In this document: positions 63,797 through 64,000 of the stretch, in pieces
How positions within the stretch are numbered: position 1 is the stretch's first letter
How the letters are laid out: every line of letters begins with the position of its first letter
DNA from: an uncultured delta proteobacterium
Lineage (GTDB): Bacteria > Desulfobacterota > WTBG01 > CAIYCZ01
DNA length: 64,000 bases
Assembly (NCBI GenBank): GCA_963803975.1
Contig: CAWDOY010000042.1
Coordinates: 27,365-91,364, forward strand
Direction: 5' to 3'
Made by a program: the position numbers and the translations under genes
Notes under the pieces: generated by a model
Database searches by the model: none
The model's input: the letters and a program-made list of their open reading frames with translations, nothing else
Told to the model about the DNA's origin: nothing

Positions 63797-64000
63797 CTAT
63801 TGCCGCAGTCCCTTTTGCTGAACCGTAAATGTCTTTCCGGCAATTTTCATTGTTCCTGTTCTCGATTTGTTGCTCCAGTTTGAAGCAACAGAATAAGTAA
63901 CGGTCGTGATGCCATAACCGCTGGAATTGGATGAAATTTTAATCCAAGATACATCACTTTTTGCGCTCCAAGCACACATGCTCTGTGTTGATACATTCAC
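63797..64000 (-). CDS. C-terminal BACON domain of a protein starting outside the window
   Basis: CAWSA.SD.SWI.I....SG.G..TV.YSV..N....RTGT..IAG.TFTV.Q.G. Confidence 0.8.
   Translation of the reverse strand: MNVSTQSMCAWSAKSDVSWIKISSNSSGYGITTVTYSVASNWSNKSRTGTMKIAGKTFTVQQKGLRQ

Overview
Chromosomal window from an anaerobic, sigma54-rich bacterium. Gene content (two aldehyde:ferredoxin oxidoreductases, MobB-MobA fusion, several sigma54 activators) suggests Desulfobacterota/Deltaproteobacteria; this is inference. Many genes are split by single-base indels, often in homopolymers, which points to long-read consensus errors rather than real pseudogenes. Main blocks: (1) 1-19.7 kb, an ~18.5 kb block bounded by a duplicated 3' end of an AOR gene. 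It holds a fused PAS-kinase-receiver-sigma54 activator, an OYE oxidoreductase, an MMPL/DUF1302/DUF1329/YCF48 transport module, a ferrochelatase-like lipoprotein, a bilin-reductase-fold protein and split-barrel flavoproteins, and is a candidate tetrapyrrole/bilin-processing locus. (2) 19.9-25.25 kb, an integron cassette array with an attI-like head, five attC sites and no integrase in the window. Its cargo is mostly defence-like: a PD-(D/E)XK nuclease, a SEFIR protein, a YozE-HNH fusion and a second PD-(D/E)XK nuclease. (3) 25-56 kb, ordinary metabolic and envelope genes (hisF, AOR, GldAFG-like ABC, bioD, radical SAM, glycosyltransferases, glgP, fba, UbiD family). (4) 56.6-64 kb, an AT-rich accessory region with an IS200 inserted in an XRE gene, recombination-site-like repeats, low-complexity secreted proteins and a TetR gene with repeated operators. 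Three copies of a 152-bp MITE are present. No rRNA, tRNA or CRISPR array was recognised. All family calls come from motif recognition by eye; no database search was run.
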